NCBI GenBank assembly: GCA_018263435.1
Contig: JAANXD010000074.1
Coordinates: 9,197 to 73,196 of the forward strand
Direction: 5' to 3'
Length of the DNA: 64,000 nt
Origin: Candidatus Scalindua arabica
GTDB taxonomy: Bacteria > Planctomycetota > Brocadiia > Brocadiales > Scalinduaceae
A program made the position numbers and the translations under genes. The notes beneath the pieces were generated by a model, which was given only the letters and a program-made list of their open reading frames with translations, made no database searches and had not been told where the DNA came from. Positions 9,419 to 20,177 of this stretch are shown here, in pieces; position 1 is the stretch's first letter; each line of letters starts with the position of its first letter.

Positions 9419-9514
9419 GAAAGAATAACTTACTGCCGTTACTTTTTTAAAAGCTACTAATGTGAAGCTTTAACTTTACAAATTAATTACTAAAGAAACA
9501 AAAAACCATTACAA

Positions 9515-10258
9515 TTAATCGTTAGGCGGACTTGTCTTATACCACGGATCCTGCTCTATGTACCCCTTCCATTTCTTTTTATCCACCTTAGGCAAAACGT
9601 CATCTATAGCATCATGGTCTCTGTGATCGTCTCTCTTAATGTAATCTTTAGTGAAGATCCTGTCATTACCTTCGCTGTTTTTTGTACCTTCGCACTTAGG
9701 GCACTTATTCTTGGCCTTTGCATCTTCCCAGTGGCATTGTAGACATTGCTCTTTTATTGTCTTGTACTTATTTATGCCGGCTACGAGCAAGCCAGCATCG
9801 TATTGCGCTTTTCTGGCCATCATTGGGTCTTCCTTTAACAGCTTTTTAAATGCGTCTTTACCCTTCTTCTTGTAATTTTTCTTTACCTTAATGTATCCCT
9901 CTCCCGGACCGTGACATGCTTCACATCCAACGTTTTCAATAAAGTTCTTACTACCCTTCTTAGACTTCCCCCTCTTTATCTTCATACCCAACGCTGTGGC
10001 ATGGCATTTCAGGCACTCAGGATTACTCTTATCTTCATCGGTTTCTAACCTTCTAAAAGTATTATAATGCTGATTCTTCATCTTCTTGTATTCTGTACCT
10101 TCAAAACAGCCCTTTGACAAGTGGCATTTACAACCTGAATTACTCATGAATTTCCACTTCTGCTTTGCGCCAAAACTCTGGCTACTTTGAAAGATTATAA
10201 GCGACAAAGAAAGAACTACAGACACCATGATAAATCTTCTTAAATTACAACCGAACAT
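9515..10258 (-). CDS. soluble tri-haem cytochrome c (electron-transfer module)
   Basis: 247 aa with a signal peptide, CLKCH, CEACH and CLQCH, plus an N-terminal CKCH. It is Lys-rich. An SD AAGGAGAAGGGGG lies upstream of ATG 10258. Confidence 0.8.
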   Translation of the reverse strand: MFGCNLRRFIMVSVVLSLSLIIFQSSQSFGAKQKWKFMSNSGCKCHLSKGCFEGTEYKKMKNQHYNTFRRLETDEDKSNPECLKCHATALGMKIKRGKSKKGSKNFIENVGCEACHGPGEGYIKVKKNYKKKGKDAFKKLLKEDPMMARKAQYDAGLLVAGINKYKTIKEQCLQCHWEDAKAKNKCPKCEGTKNSEGNDRIFTKDYIKRDDHRDHDAIDDVLPKVDKKKWKGYIEQDPWYKTSPPND

Positions 10259-10503
10259 ACTATTACCCCCTTCTCCTTAAGCTTAATGCAATTGTTATCT
10301 TATTAATCTCTTACCGACAGATTTTTCAATAAAAAATAGTGTGGCCAGAATGTGCCAGTTACCCTTTTTTATTGGATCGGGATTTTATCAAGACCATTTT
10401 ATTGTGTCAAGAAAAAATTATAAATGTTGTTTGCAATGTAGAAACCCGGCATAAGGCTTGGAATTTAAACACGTTACAGTGTGGTTTAAATGCTTTGTTG
10501 TTG

Positions 10504-11850
10504 TTATTTCTCACCTATGAGATTTTCAACAAAATGGGTGTCAATATCACCGGTAATAAACCTTTGATCAGAAATGATATTAAGATGAAGTGGTATTGTT
10601 GTCTTTACACCTTCAATCCTGTATTCGGTTAAGGCTCTTTTCATACAGGCAATCGCCTCTTCTCTGTTCTTTTTATGCACTATCAACTTACCTAAAAGTG
10701 AATCATAGTACGGAGGAACCTCGTATCCCGCACAAACATGCGAATCCACCCTGACACCTTTTCCTCCCGGAGCGCTGTACATTGTTATCTTACCAGCATA
10801 AGGCCTGAAATCATTATCCGGGTCTTCCGCATTTATCCTGCACTCTATTGAGACCCCTTCACTTTTTATCTTCTTCTGGCGCAAATTTAATCTCTCGCCA
10901 TAAGCAATTCTTAATTGTTCTGCTACCAAATCTATACCAGTAACCATTTCTGTTACAGGATGTTCAACCTGAAGCCTTGTATTCATTTCTATAAAATAGT
11001 ATTTCCCCTCTCCATCCACTATAAATTCTACAGTACCAACATTAGTATAATTAACTGCCTTTGCCAGCTTTATGGCCGCCTTACAAATGTCTTCACGCAA
11101 TTGATCTTTTATATTAGGAGCCGGTGCCTGTTCCACTAACTTCTGATGCCTCCTTTGAACTGTGCAATCCCTCTCGCCAAGATGTATTACATTACCATAT
11201 TTATCTGCAACTATCTGGACTTCGATGTGACGTGAATGTTCTATGTATTTCTCCATATATACGGAAGAATCTTTAAACGCTACTTCTGCCTCACGTTTAG
11301 CGATTGCAAGCGAATTAACTAAACTTATATCATTATGCGCAACCCTCATACCTCTCCCACCACCACCAAAAGAGGCTTTTATCAAGACAGGATAACCTAT
11401 CTCGTGAGCCACCTCCAATGCCTGTTGCTGATTTTCTATAACTGAATCACTGCCAGGAATAACAGGTATTTTATTTTCAATTGCTAAATTTCTAGCTTGA
11501 GTCTTATCACCCATCTTAGTCATAACCTCGGAGGCAGGCCCAATAAAAACAATATTGGAAGATTCACACACTTCTGCAAAGTGACTATTCTCAGCTAAAA
11601 AACCATAACCCGGATGTATAGCCTCTATATCTGTAATCTCTGCCGCACTGATGATACCCGGAATGTTTAAATAGCTTCCTTCAGATTCACCAGGCCCTAT
11701 ACAAACATGAGCATCTGCATGCTGTAAATACAGAGCATCTTTATCGGCTTTTGAATATACGGCAACAGTTTCAATACCAAGCTCTTTACAGGTTCTAATT
11801 ATTCGAAGGGCGATCTCACCCCTATTTGCCACTAAAATCCTTGAAAACAT
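10504..11850 (-). CDS. accC: acetyl-CoA carboxylase biotin carboxylase subunit
   Basis: 448 aa, [26 protein letters not shown]... It has ATP-grasp motifs and typical accC length and ends. Confidence 0.95.
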   Translation of the reverse strand: MFSRILVANRGEIALRIIRTCKELGIETVAVYSKADKDALYLQHADAHVCIGPGESEGSYLNIPGIISAAEITDIEAIHPGYGFLAENSHFAEVCESSNIVFIGPASEVMTKMGDKTQARNLAIENKIPVIPGSDSVIENQQQALEVAHEIGYPVLIKASFGGGGRGMRVAHNDISLVNSLAIAKREAEVAFKDSSVYMEKYIEHSRHIEVQIVADKYGNVIHLGERDCTVQRRHQKLVEQAPAPNIKDQLREDICKAAIKLAKAVNYTNVGTVEFIVDGEGKYYFIEMNTRLQVEHPVTEMVTGIDLVAEQLRIAYGERLNLRQKKIKSEGVSIECRINAEDPDNDFRPYAGKITMYSAPGGKGVRVDSHVCAGYEVPPYYDSLLGKLIVHKKNREEAIACMKRALTEYRIEGVKTTIPLHLNIISDQRFITGDIDTHFVENLIGEK

Positions 11851-12094
11851 GGTCTGCGCTAATCCTCCTTATTTTCACGCCTTTCACATAATAACGAAAG
11901 GAACTAAATAGGCCTTCAATATTTGAACGGAAAACTATTTTTCTGTGTATAGAGAAATGTCGGATTTGATAATACTTGCGTGGACTCAATATTGCGTGTG
12001 AATAAGAGCAACAACAAAAAAGTACAGTTCGTAATAATTTGCCCGTTTATCAAATAACTGCCATAACTAAAGAATACTGCTTGGAACATATCCC

Positions 12095-12544
12095 TCATTC
12101 AGATGCTTCTACACAAAAAAGAGGCTGTCCATACTCAACAGCAGTACCGTTCTCCACCATCACCTCTACAATTTTTCCCTTTATCTCAGCTTTAATTTCG
12201 TTCATAATTTTCATGGCCTCAATAATGCAAACAACAGTATCCTCGTCAACATCATCTCCAATATTTACATAAGGATCTGCACCCGGCGCACTGGTATAAA
12301 ATGTACCGACCATTGGGGCCACAACCTCCGCAACACCAGACTCATCTTTAGACGGTAAATATTTAGTAGAACCTTCCTGTTGTAATGATGGCTTTACGGC
12401 TGGCAACTGAACACTGGTTTGTATCGAATCCAGGCTGTTCCTTTTCAGGCGTATTTTGGTTCCTTCTTCTTCAACCTCGATTTCTGCAAGGCTGTTTTCA
12501 TTCATCAACGAAATTAAATTTTTTACCTTTTCAATTAGATCCAT
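12095..12544 (-). CDS. accB: biotin carboxyl carrier protein
   Basis: 149 aa. The C-terminal lipoyl/biotinyl domain carries an EAMKIMNEI biotinylation motif. Confidence 0.9.
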   Translation of the reverse strand: MDLIEKVKNLISLMNENSLAEIEVEEEGTKIRLKRNSLDSIQTSVQLPAVKPSLQQEGSTKYLPSKDESGVAEVVAPMVGTFYTSAPGADPYVNIGDDVDEDTVVCIIEAMKIMNEIKAEIKGKIVEVMVENGTAVEYGQPLFCVEASE

Positions 12545-13073
12545 TTTGAAATGTAGTTTTATTTTCTATAATAGTAAAAGCCTTATCCACTGCCTCCTTA
12601 GCACTTTCACACTTAATTATACCATCGACATAACTTTTTTCGTCAGGGTAAATTCCATCAGATAGTTGACCTAAATCCCAGGTATGGAGACCGATAACAG
12701 GTTTCTTTTTTATAAGGGCATAGCTGATTTCAGTAAGAGTGCCGAGCCTGCCATTTACGGCAATTACAACATCTCCTGAATAAGCAACTAAGACATTTCT
12801 CGCAAAACCCAAACCGGTTGGCAATGGAATATCTATATAAGGATTTGCACTATCAGGATCTTCGCCGGGAATTATCCCGACAGTAAGACCGCCTCTCTCC
12901 TTTGCACCTTTTGCAGCTTCAGCCATTACACCGCCAAGGCCGCCACATATTAAAACAGCACCACGCTCTGCTATTTCTCTCCCCACCTCATTAGCAATCT
13001 TTGCAATTTGAGGACTTAGTGTACCATCATTGCTTCCACTTCCTATTACAGATATACAAATCTTCCTCGGCAT
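12531..13073 (-). CDS. TIGR00725/LOG-like Rossmann-fold nucleotide-binding protein
   Basis: 180 aa with GGLGGVMAEAAKGA and NGRLGTLTE (a GGxGTxxE-like motif). It overlaps the accB start by 14 nt. Confidence 0.7.
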   Translation of the reverse strand: MPRKICISVIGSGSNDGTLSPQIAKIANEVGREIAERGAVLICGGLGGVMAEAAKGAKERGGLTVGIIPGEDPDSANPYIDIPLPTGLGFARNVLVAYSGDVVIAVNGRLGTLTEISYALIKKKPVIGLHTWDLGQLSDGIYPDEKSYVDGIIKCESAKEAVDKAFTIIENKTTFQNGSN

Positions 13074-13076
13074 TAT

Positions 13077-13283
13077 CTATTTATTGACAATTTTATCTTC
13101 AAGAGCTACCAAGTCAATATCAGAAAGAAGATCAAGACAAAAACTAACTTTTACATTACTTTCGCCAAGTACTTTTGCAAGCTTGCACGCCTCTTCTTTA
13201 GTCAAGCCAATCGTAACATCAGGTAACAACTTTCTCCTATTCACCACTTGCATATCTTCCTCCCAATAACGAACAGGAAACAC
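13077..13283 (-). CDS. small hypothetical protein
   Basis: 68-codon track ORF directly upstream of the LOG-like gene; a likelier start is the internal MQVVNRR. No motif recognised. Confidence 0.25.
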   Translation of the reverse strand: MFPVRYWEEDMQVVNRRKLLPDVTIGLTKEEACKLAKVLGESNVKVSFCLDLLSDIDLVALEDKIVNK

Positions 13284-13583
13284 AGTTGAGAACCTTTTAT
13301 CATATTTGATTAGTTTATCAAGTGTTTTTATTTTATATACTGCTATTGCATTCTAGAATAGTTCGACTTTCCTACAAGAACGTAATCTAGTTTACCATGA
13401 ATACATTCAGGTTTCAGCACTAATATTTCTTACCAGAATGACATTTTTACTGGTTCATTCCTGCCCCTTAATGCAACATCAATGTGTGAACCTTTTACAA
13501 AGAAAGAAAATGCAAGATTATTATGTGCATTGTTGTCATAAGGATTCCCTTTGATAACATCTTCATATTTCTCAATGGCCTCT

Positions 13584-16196
13584 TCATACCCTAATATTGG
13601 CACCATAATTCCTGGTTATATGATAAGAAGCAGTTTCACTTTCAATAATTGCTCTTTCTACTTTGCCATCTGTATTATTTAAGGTGCCATTCACATTCTC
13701 CAGGCTATCATGTGCCTTTCCTGAAACCTTTTCCACTGCTTTCTCTTCATCAGATTCCCGTAATTTTTCTATGTTAGAAGTCCTTTCATTTTGATATTGA
13801 TCAAATTCAGGCTTTTCTATTTTAACCTTGCTTGTCACTATTACTTCCTCTATTACTTTATTTTCTGGAGGCATTTCAGGCTGATCCTTAAGAAGACCAC
13901 CACCTTCAATCTCTAAGATCTTATTAAACTCCATAATTGCCTTATCAAGTTCTCTGTTTTTCGCATAGTTTATGCCGAGATTATAATGTGCCTTTCCAAG
14001 AACATCCTTAACCTGAGTAAAATCCGGTGTAATATCTAATGCCTTGTCAAACACGGTAATAGCATTGTTATATTTTGCTTCCTCCAGGTAGGAAGCGCCT
14101 AATTCATAATATATTTCACTTAGTGAATTCTTTGCAATTAAGTGCCCCGGTTTGAGCTTTAATACCTTTTCGTATTCCAACTTTGCCCTTTCCAGTTTTT
14201 CTTCTCCTTTATAGGCATTCCCCAGATTAATGTGCGCCTTAACCTCATCTATCTTTGTTTTCGAATTCTTATCTGCCGATAATACATGGAAGACAATCTT
14301 TGCGACTGCCTCATCAAGATTAATATCTATCGCTTTTTTAAACTCAGCTTTGGATTTGTCCATCAGGCCTTTCAATACATATGCCGTACCTAATTCTACA
14401 TGGGAATCCAAGTGTTGCGGATTTGTTTCTACCGCATTTCTAAATTCCAGGATTGCCTCATCAATCAGGCCTTTTTCCGCGTAGAAAGTTCCGAGATCAA
14501 GATGGGCAAGCCCTATTGGGCTCAGGTTCGCCTTATCTGATACATTTTTCTGGTCATTCTCATCATCTGATATTTTCGGCACATCCGGTACTTTAGCTCT
14601 AAATGTTGGGGAGGCCTCTTCATTATTAAAATCCGCCACTACGTTGCTAATTTTCTTTTTATCAGTTGCTTTGCTACCAACAAATTGCTTCTTTTGTGTA
14701 CTGATTTCTATTGAAGATTGATCTTCTGCGGGAATCGCCATGGCTCCAATCTGACCAACCATACCATTCCCATCAGGAACTGTCACCTCACCATATGATC
14801 CCTTTACTACGTTAGTTGTATTGGCAGTCATCTTACCAATATCCTGTTTTCTTTGTGCACTAATATCTAATGCAATATTTTTTTGTACATCTTTATAAAA
14901 AGGATTAATACTTGCCACTTTTTCCCATGTAATGATTGCTTCATCATGATCACCTCTATAATAATGTACCAATCCAAGACTATATAGTGTGTCTATGTTA
15001 CCAGGCTTAATCTGTAGTGATTTCCTATATACAGAAACAGCATCGTCGTAATGTCCTTTATTGAAAAGAATAGGGCCCATATTATCAAGAGCTGAAGTAT
15101 TTTCAGGTTCAACAGCAAGAACCATTTTAAATTGAGCAATAGCTTTATTTATCAATCCATTATCCCTATAAACAGCTCCCAGACTGAAAAGTGCCTCAGG
15201 ATCATTCGGTCGTTCAATCAAGATTTGCTTGTATTCGCTAATGGCCTCCTTATACATTTTGTTTTTGGTGTAAGCAGCTGCAAGGTTGTAACGGGCATCT
15301 ACCATATCTGGATTTATTTCAAGCGCCCTTTTCCATGAAGAGATAGTCTTGCTAAACAACCTTTTCTCTTTGGTGTCTGGATCTACTTCAAGCGCCTTTC
15401 TCCATTCAGAAACTGCTTTGCAAAACAATCTTTTTTCATCATATACATTTCCAAGGTTGTAATAAGCATCTGCAAAGTTGGGATTAATCTCAATTGCTCT
15501 TTCCCATGCATCAATCGCTTCATCGATCATGCCCTTATCGAACAAAACCGAACCCAGATTGTTATAAGCATCAGCATAATTTCTGCTAATCTTTATAGCT
15601 GCCTCATATGACTTATGTGCCGAATCCAACATATTTTTATCATAATAAGCATTCCCCAAACTATAATAGGCTTCTGCATGATCAGGACTTAATTCTAGAG
15701 TATAATTGTATTCTTCGATTGCATTATCTAATTTACCTGTGTTTACATAAACAATCCCAAGGGAATAATGCGCTTCAGGATCTTCAGGATTAATTTCAAT
15801 TGCCTTTTTAAGTATTTTTGCAGCCTCTCTAAACATACCCCTCTTGGTATATGCAACTCCCATATTGAAATATACATCAATGTCAAACGGTGTAATCTCT
15901 ATCACCTTTTTCCATGCCGACACTGCTTCTTTTAACAACCCTTTTTCCTCATAGGCATTTCCCAAATTATAGTACGCTGCTGCAAATTCAGGATTAACTA
16001 TTACAGCTTTTTCCCATGCTGAAATTGCATCGTCTATATTACCTTTATCATAATAAGAAATCCCAAGGTCATAATAGAAATTACGCTCATCATTGCCAAA
16101 AACCATACTTCCCGGCAGTACGAGAAGCGCTAGAACGACCAAAAGCGGAATTATGCATTTTTTCTTCATTTTTGCCGTTATTCTCTTATTCTTCAC
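13584..16196 (-). CDS. large secreted TPR-repeat protein
   Basis: 870 aa with a signal/anchor peptide. It has more than 15 TPR units (AYYNLGNAY..G...EAI..Y.KA.EI.P), a central low-complexity spacer and a partial 22-aa repeat duplication. Confidence 0.85.
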   Translation of the reverse strand: MKNKRITAKMKKKCIIPLLVVLALLVLPGSMVFGNDERNFYYDLGISYYDKGNIDDAISAWEKAVIVNPEFAAAYYNLGNAYEEKGLLKEAVSAWKKVIEITPFDIDVYFNMGVAYTKRGMFREAAKILKKAIEINPEDPEAHYSLGIVYVNTGKLDNAIEEYNYTLELSPDHAEAYYSLGNAYYDKNMLDSAHKSYEAAIKISRNYADAYNNLGSVLFDKGMIDEAIDAWERAIEINPNFADAYYNLGNVYDEKRLFCKAVSEWRKALEVDPDTKEKRLFSKTISSWKRALEINPDMVDARYNLAAAYTKNKMYKEAISEYKQILIERPNDPEALFSLGAVYRDNGLINKAIAQFKMVLAVEPENTSALDNMGPILFNKGHYDDAVSVYRKSLQIKPGNIDTLYSLGLVHYYRGDHDEAIITWEKVASINPFYKDVQKNIALDISAQRKQDIGKMTANTTNVVKGSYGEVTVPDGNGMVGQIGAMAIPAEDQSSIEISTQKKQFVGSKATDKKKISNVVADFNNEEASPTFRAKVPDVPKISDDENDQKNVSDKANLSPIGLAHLDLGTFYAEKGLIDEAILEFRNAVETNPQHLDSHVELGTAYVLKGLMDKSKAEFKKAIDINLDEAVAKIVFHVLSADKNSKTKIDEVKAHINLGNAYKGEEKLERAKLEYEKVLKLKPGHLIAKNSLSEIYYELGASYLEEAKYNNAITVFDKALDITPDFTQVKDVLGKAHYNLGINYAKNRELDKAIMEFNKILEIEGGGLLKDQPEMPPENKVIEEVIVTSKVKIEKPEFDQYQNERTSNIEKLRESDEEKAVEKVSGKAHDSLENVNGTLNNTDGKVERAIIESETASYHITRNYGANIRV

Positions 16197-16593
16197 TTTA
16201 AGTAGTTTCAGAAATTATACGGGATTTTTCAGAATTCATGCTAAAATACTTTGAAATACTTGCATATTCTACAAGATTCTACCATCATGGAAAGTCGTTT
16301 AAATTACTTGTATATAATTAGTTATGACTGAAAGCCGAGTTTATTTTATGTATTATATTACAGAATCATACGAATTGCCTTTGAATACAAAAGTCTAACA
16401 CGATGGAATGATAGGTCTTACGATACGTACTGCAAGTCACGGCCTAAATCTGTCACCAGACCATTAAAAATGCAGCTTTTCAGTGTGGGATGTATTGCAT
16501 GTTTCTATGCAAAAAACGCCTATAGAAACATTACAAGTTCTTTACTCGTATCATATTAGAAAGAAAAAATCAATATAAATCTTTTAGAAATGC

Positions 16594-18057
16594 TCAATTA
16601 CCAAGGTTTATCCAAACGCTTTTTACCTGTGTATATAACTCCAGGGCATGAACCCCCAACTCTCTACCAAAACCACTTTGCTTAAACCCGCCAAAAGGTG
16701 AAGCAGCATCGAAGGAATTATAAGTATTTATCCAGATCGTTCCGGCTTTTAAATCCCTGGCAAGCCTGTGCGCCTTCTTTATATCTCTAGTCCAAACAGC
16801 AGCAGCAAGGCCGTAAATTGATCTATTACTTTGCCTTACCATATCATCAACATCATCAAACGTAATTGCAGACACAACCGGGCCGAATATCTCCTCACGT
16901 GCTATTTTCATATTGTTATCAACTGCATCAAAAATAGTAGGCTTAATAAAATATCCCCTCTCTCCACACCTCTCACCACCCGTTACCAATTTTGCACCTT
17001 CCTGCTTTCCACTATCAATATAGCCTAATATCTTATCAAACTGTTCCTTGGAAACCTGTGCTCCCATCTGAGTGCCAGCGTCTTCAGGGTTTCCGACACT
17101 CAGGCCGGAAGCCCTGCTTGATAATTTATCCACGAATTCATTATGAATACTCTTTTCAAGGAATAATCTGGAACCTGCACAACAGACTTCACCCTGATTG
17201 AAAAATATGCCTGTCATAGCGCCGGAAACGGCACTATCTATGTCGGAATCTGCAAATACAATATTGGGAGACTTTCCGCCTAATTCCAGTGATACCCGTT
17301 TTAAATTCTTTGAAGCTGCCTGCATTATGATGCGTCCCGTAGTATATTCTCCCGTAAAGGCGATCTTATCAACATCCATGTGCTCAGCAAGAGCAGCTCC
17401 TGCCGTGGGTCCATAACCTGGAACAATGTTCAGGACACCATCCGGCAAACCAGCCTCCTGGCAAATCTCACCTAGCCTCAATGCGGTTAACGGAGTCTGC
17501 TCGGCAGGTTTTAAGACTACTGTATTACCACAGGCTATAGCAGGCGCTATCTTCCATGCAGCCATCAGTAAAGGGAAGTTCCACGGTATTATCTGCCCGA
17601 CAACACCAACCGGCTCTCTCAAGGTATAGTTAAAGAATTCTCCTCTTACCGGAATCGTCTCGCCATGAATCTTATCTGCCCATCCCGCATAGTATAATAA
17701 GCAGTCAATTACAAGCGGAAGGTCACCGTTTGTTGCCTCGCTTATCGGTTTACCATTGTCCAATGTTTCCAACAATGCTAATTCATCCTTATTCTTTTCT
17801 ATTAAATTTGCCATTTTTAATAGAATCCGGCCTCTGTCCCGAGCATCTGTCTTTCTCCACGGGCCATCTTCAAATGCCTTACGAGCAGCCTTAACGGCAA
17901 GGTCTATATCAGCGCTATCTCCCTCAGCTATCGAGGTTATGACCTCTTCAGTCGCAGGGTTTAAAGTGTCAAACGTCTTACCTGAAACAGAATCAACCCA
18001 TTTCCCATCGATAAACAACTTTCCTGGTTTTATTTTTATCTCCTCTTTAGTAATCAT
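16594..18057 (-). CDS. NAD(P)-dependent aldehyde dehydrogenase
   Basis: 487 aa with the catalytic Glu motif LELGGKSP and the Cys motif GEVCCAGSR. Confidence 0.93.
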   Translation of the reverse strand: MITKEEIKIKPGKLFIDGKWVDSVSGKTFDTLNPATEEVITSIAEGDSADIDLAVKAARKAFEDGPWRKTDARDRGRILLKMANLIEKNKDELALLETLDNGKPISEATNGDLPLVIDCLLYYAGWADKIHGETIPVRGEFFNYTLREPVGVVGQIIPWNFPLLMAAWKIAPAIACGNTVVLKPAEQTPLTALRLGEICQEAGLPDGVLNIVPGYGPTAGAALAEHMDVDKIAFTGEYTTGRIIMQAASKNLKRVSLELGGKSPNIVFADSDIDSAVSGAMTGIFFNQGEVCCAGSRLFLEKSIHNEFVDKLSSRASGLSVGNPEDAGTQMGAQVSKEQFDKILGYIDSGKQEGAKLVTGGERCGERGYFIKPTIFDAVDNNMKIAREEIFGPVVSAITFDDVDDMVRQSNRSIYGLAAAVWTRDIKKAHRLARDLKAGTIWINTYNSFDAASPFGGFKQSGFGRELGVHALELYTQVKSVWINLGN

Positions 18058-18096
18058 TTTGTTTGTCCCCCTCTATATAAAATACACACCACCACT

Positions 18097-18203
18097 GTAG
18101 CCGCCCGCCTGGGTGGACGTTTTTCATTATCTGATGGTTATATGAAGTTCTCAAATAAATTACGCAACCTAAAGGTTGCGGCTACAAAACACACTCAATT
18201 TAG
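18097..18203. mobile_element. MITE-like repeat, family A (truncated copy)
   Basis: It aligns in reverse orientation to 29385-29552 (TACGCAACCTAAAGGTTGCGGCTACAAA..CTCAATTTAG). It ends 1 nt from the stop codon of the vWA gene at 18205. Confidence 0.5.
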
Positions 18204-18204
18204 A

Positions 18205-19215
18205 TTACAATAACAAGAAAAGTGTGAGGAAAATCAGTGATCCCCCCAGAAAAAATTGGGAAACATCCTGGACTATACTCCTGGTTTTTACCCCAACAAC
18301 TTTTCTGTGTTTCTCTACGACACCTCTGAAAATATCCTTAAGCTCATCACCGGTTGCATCGTGTATATATGTCCCTCCGGTTATTTCAGCAATTTCCTGT
18401 AATAATTCCGGATCAGGTTTTGTCATGATAGTTTCACCTTCCATATCAACCTCAAAACCTGTGGTATGCCCGTTTTTATCCTTTTTTGGAATTGGTGAAT
18501 ACTCCAGAGGATTACCAATACCAATCAAATAGACTGCAATATCCTTCCTCTCCATCAGCATCTTGACGGCTTCTGCAACCTGGCTTCTCACTGCCAGCTG
18601 CTCTTCACCATCTGTAAGAAAGATAATAACCTTTTCTCTATCCTCCTTGCTGAACGACTCTATTGCAATAAGCAGCGCATTTCCAACATTTGTACCATAA
18701 GGTATGAAACGCGCATAGTTCTCGTTAATCATATGCAGAATCCTCAGATAAATACTATCATAGTCGGTAGTAAGATAAGGAAGCATGGAAAACGCGCGCC
18801 CGGCAAATACCACCAGACCCAAATAATCATTTTCAAGTTCCTTAATTAAATTCTCCATCTCAATCTTTGCCCTTTGCAGTCTATTAGGCTCCACATCCTC
18901 CGCCAGCATACTCAGCGACACATCCAGGACAAAGACTATTTCCATACCTTCTTTCTGTAAATACTCCTCGGTCGTCTGCCACTTCGGCCCTATCAAAACC
19001 ATACATAGCCCGCAAAAAGAAACGCTAACAGCCAGGCCTTTCATAACGTTGCGGATAGTATTTGGTATCCTGCTGAATCTCTGCAATATACCAAGACCGC
19101 CAAAACTCTTCAGCCACTTCCGTTTCCTTCCCGTTGAATAAAGATAGACAAGAAAAATAAGTGCAGCGCCAAGGAGTATGTAAATTAAATTTTGTTGCTG
19201 TGAAAAGAATAACAT
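18205..19215 (-). CDS. vWA-domain membrane protein (BatB-like)
   Basis: 336 aa with an N-terminal TM and a vWA MIDAS motif (FVLDVSLSM). Confidence 0.8.
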   Translation of the reverse strand: MLFFSQQQNLIYILLGAALIFLVYLYSTGRKRKWLKSFGGLGILQRFSRIPNTIRNVMKGLAVSVSFCGLCMVLIGPKWQTTEEYLQKEGMEIVFVLDVSLSMLAEDVEPNRLQRAKIEMENLIKELENDYLGLVVFAGRAFSMLPYLTTDYDSIYLRILHMINENYARFIPYGTNVGNALLIAIESFSKEDREKVIIFLTDGEEQLAVRSQVAEAVKMLMERKDIAVYLIGIGNPLEYSPIPKKDKNGHTTGFEVDMEGETIMTKPDPELLQEIAEITGGTYIHDATGDELKDIFRGVVEKHRKVVGVKTRSIVQDVSQFFLGGSLIFLTLFLLL

Positions 19216-19283
19216 TTTTTTAAGAAAAGCTGTAGTTGCTCAGCCTCATTTTTACACAAATTATGGCTGATTTGTTTGTAATT

Positions 19284-19892
19284 TCACCACTTTATCTTCT
19301 GATCTCCACTATGTCTATATCTATTACCCCATGGAATGAGTTTCAGAGACTGAACCCTTTCTTCTCTTTCCTGTTTTACAGGGGTGAACAGCGTTGAGAG
19401 TTGCCTTTGTCCCATCCGCATCCTTTCAAGATTCTTTTTTGCCTTAAAGTCGTCCGGGTCTATCTGGAGTGCCTTCGAATACTCTTCTGCAGCTGTAATA
19501 AAATCCATATTTGTTGCTATTATATTCGCCCTGTTATATATGGCATTTTCCTTAATTACTTCATTGTCTGACCTGGCAGCCTGCTTGAATTCCACCCCGG
19601 CCCTCTTGGTATCCCCCATCAACATCAACACCACTCCGGTATTGTATGCAATATAGGGGTCTTCTCCATACAAAACCTTTGAAAGCCTGTACCGTCTCGA
19701 TTCTCGTACTCCTTCCAATGACTCAAGTGCTTTATTATACCTTCCCATTGCTACATCCTTTTTGATTTCCTCTGCCAGCTTGTGCCTGCTCCAATACCCG
19801 CGTCCACAGGCAATTAAAGCTATTGCAAGGACAAGAAGCGAAATTTTAACTATTAGACTCTTACTCATCATTATCTCCATAGAAAACAACAT
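19284..19892 (-). CDS. TPR-repeat membrane protein (BatC-like)
   Basis: 202 aa with an N-terminal TM and TPR units. It sits between two vWA genes. Confidence 0.6.
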   Translation of the reverse strand: MLFSMEIMMSKSLIVKISLLVLAIALIACGRGYWSRHKLAEEIKKDVAMGRYNKALESLEGVRESRRYRLSKVLYGEDPYIAYNTGVVLMLMGDTKRAGVEFKQAARSDNEVIKENAIYNRANIIATNMDFITAAEEYSKALQIDPDDFKAKKNLERMRMGQRQLSTLFTPVKQEREERVQSLKLIPWGNRYRHSGDQKIKW

Positions 19893-19945
19893 TACCTATA
19901 TTACCATGGCAACGAGAATTTCTACCGACATTATGGGGTTCTTTC

Positions 19946-20176
19946 TTGACAATAGATTTTGTTAATGCTAGATTATTTACCATGTCAGATCGTAAACGAG
20001 AATTTATTGCACGTGGATTATTCAACTTAGCAACCTTACTTTCTGCATCTGGACTTATCACACTTTTCTTCGAAGAAAAATTTTCTGCTTTAGAAAAATT
20101 ATTCTTCTTAGTTATGGTACTTTTCTTGTTTATGTTAAGTATTTTTCTATTTCCAAATACCAGCAAGGAGAATTGA
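19946..20176 (+). CDS. small two-TM membrane protein (hypothetical)
   Basis: 76-codon ORF whose TTG start coincides with a TTGACA -35 box. The internal ATG at 19982 would be nearly leaderless relative to TTGACA-17nt-TAGATT. Confidence 0.3.
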   Translation: MTIDFVNARLFTMSDRKREFIARGLFNLATLLSASGLITLFFEEKFSALEKLFFLVMVLFLFMLSIFLFPNTSKEN

Positions 20177-20177
20177 G

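Noticed and set aside
10342-10357. Second sigma54-like site (minus strand TGGCACATTCTGGCCA) upstream of the tri-haem cytochrome gene
   Set aside because: The GC of the -12 element is one nucleotide too close to the -24 GG and the TTGC core is absent. Sigma54 is intolerant of spacing changes.
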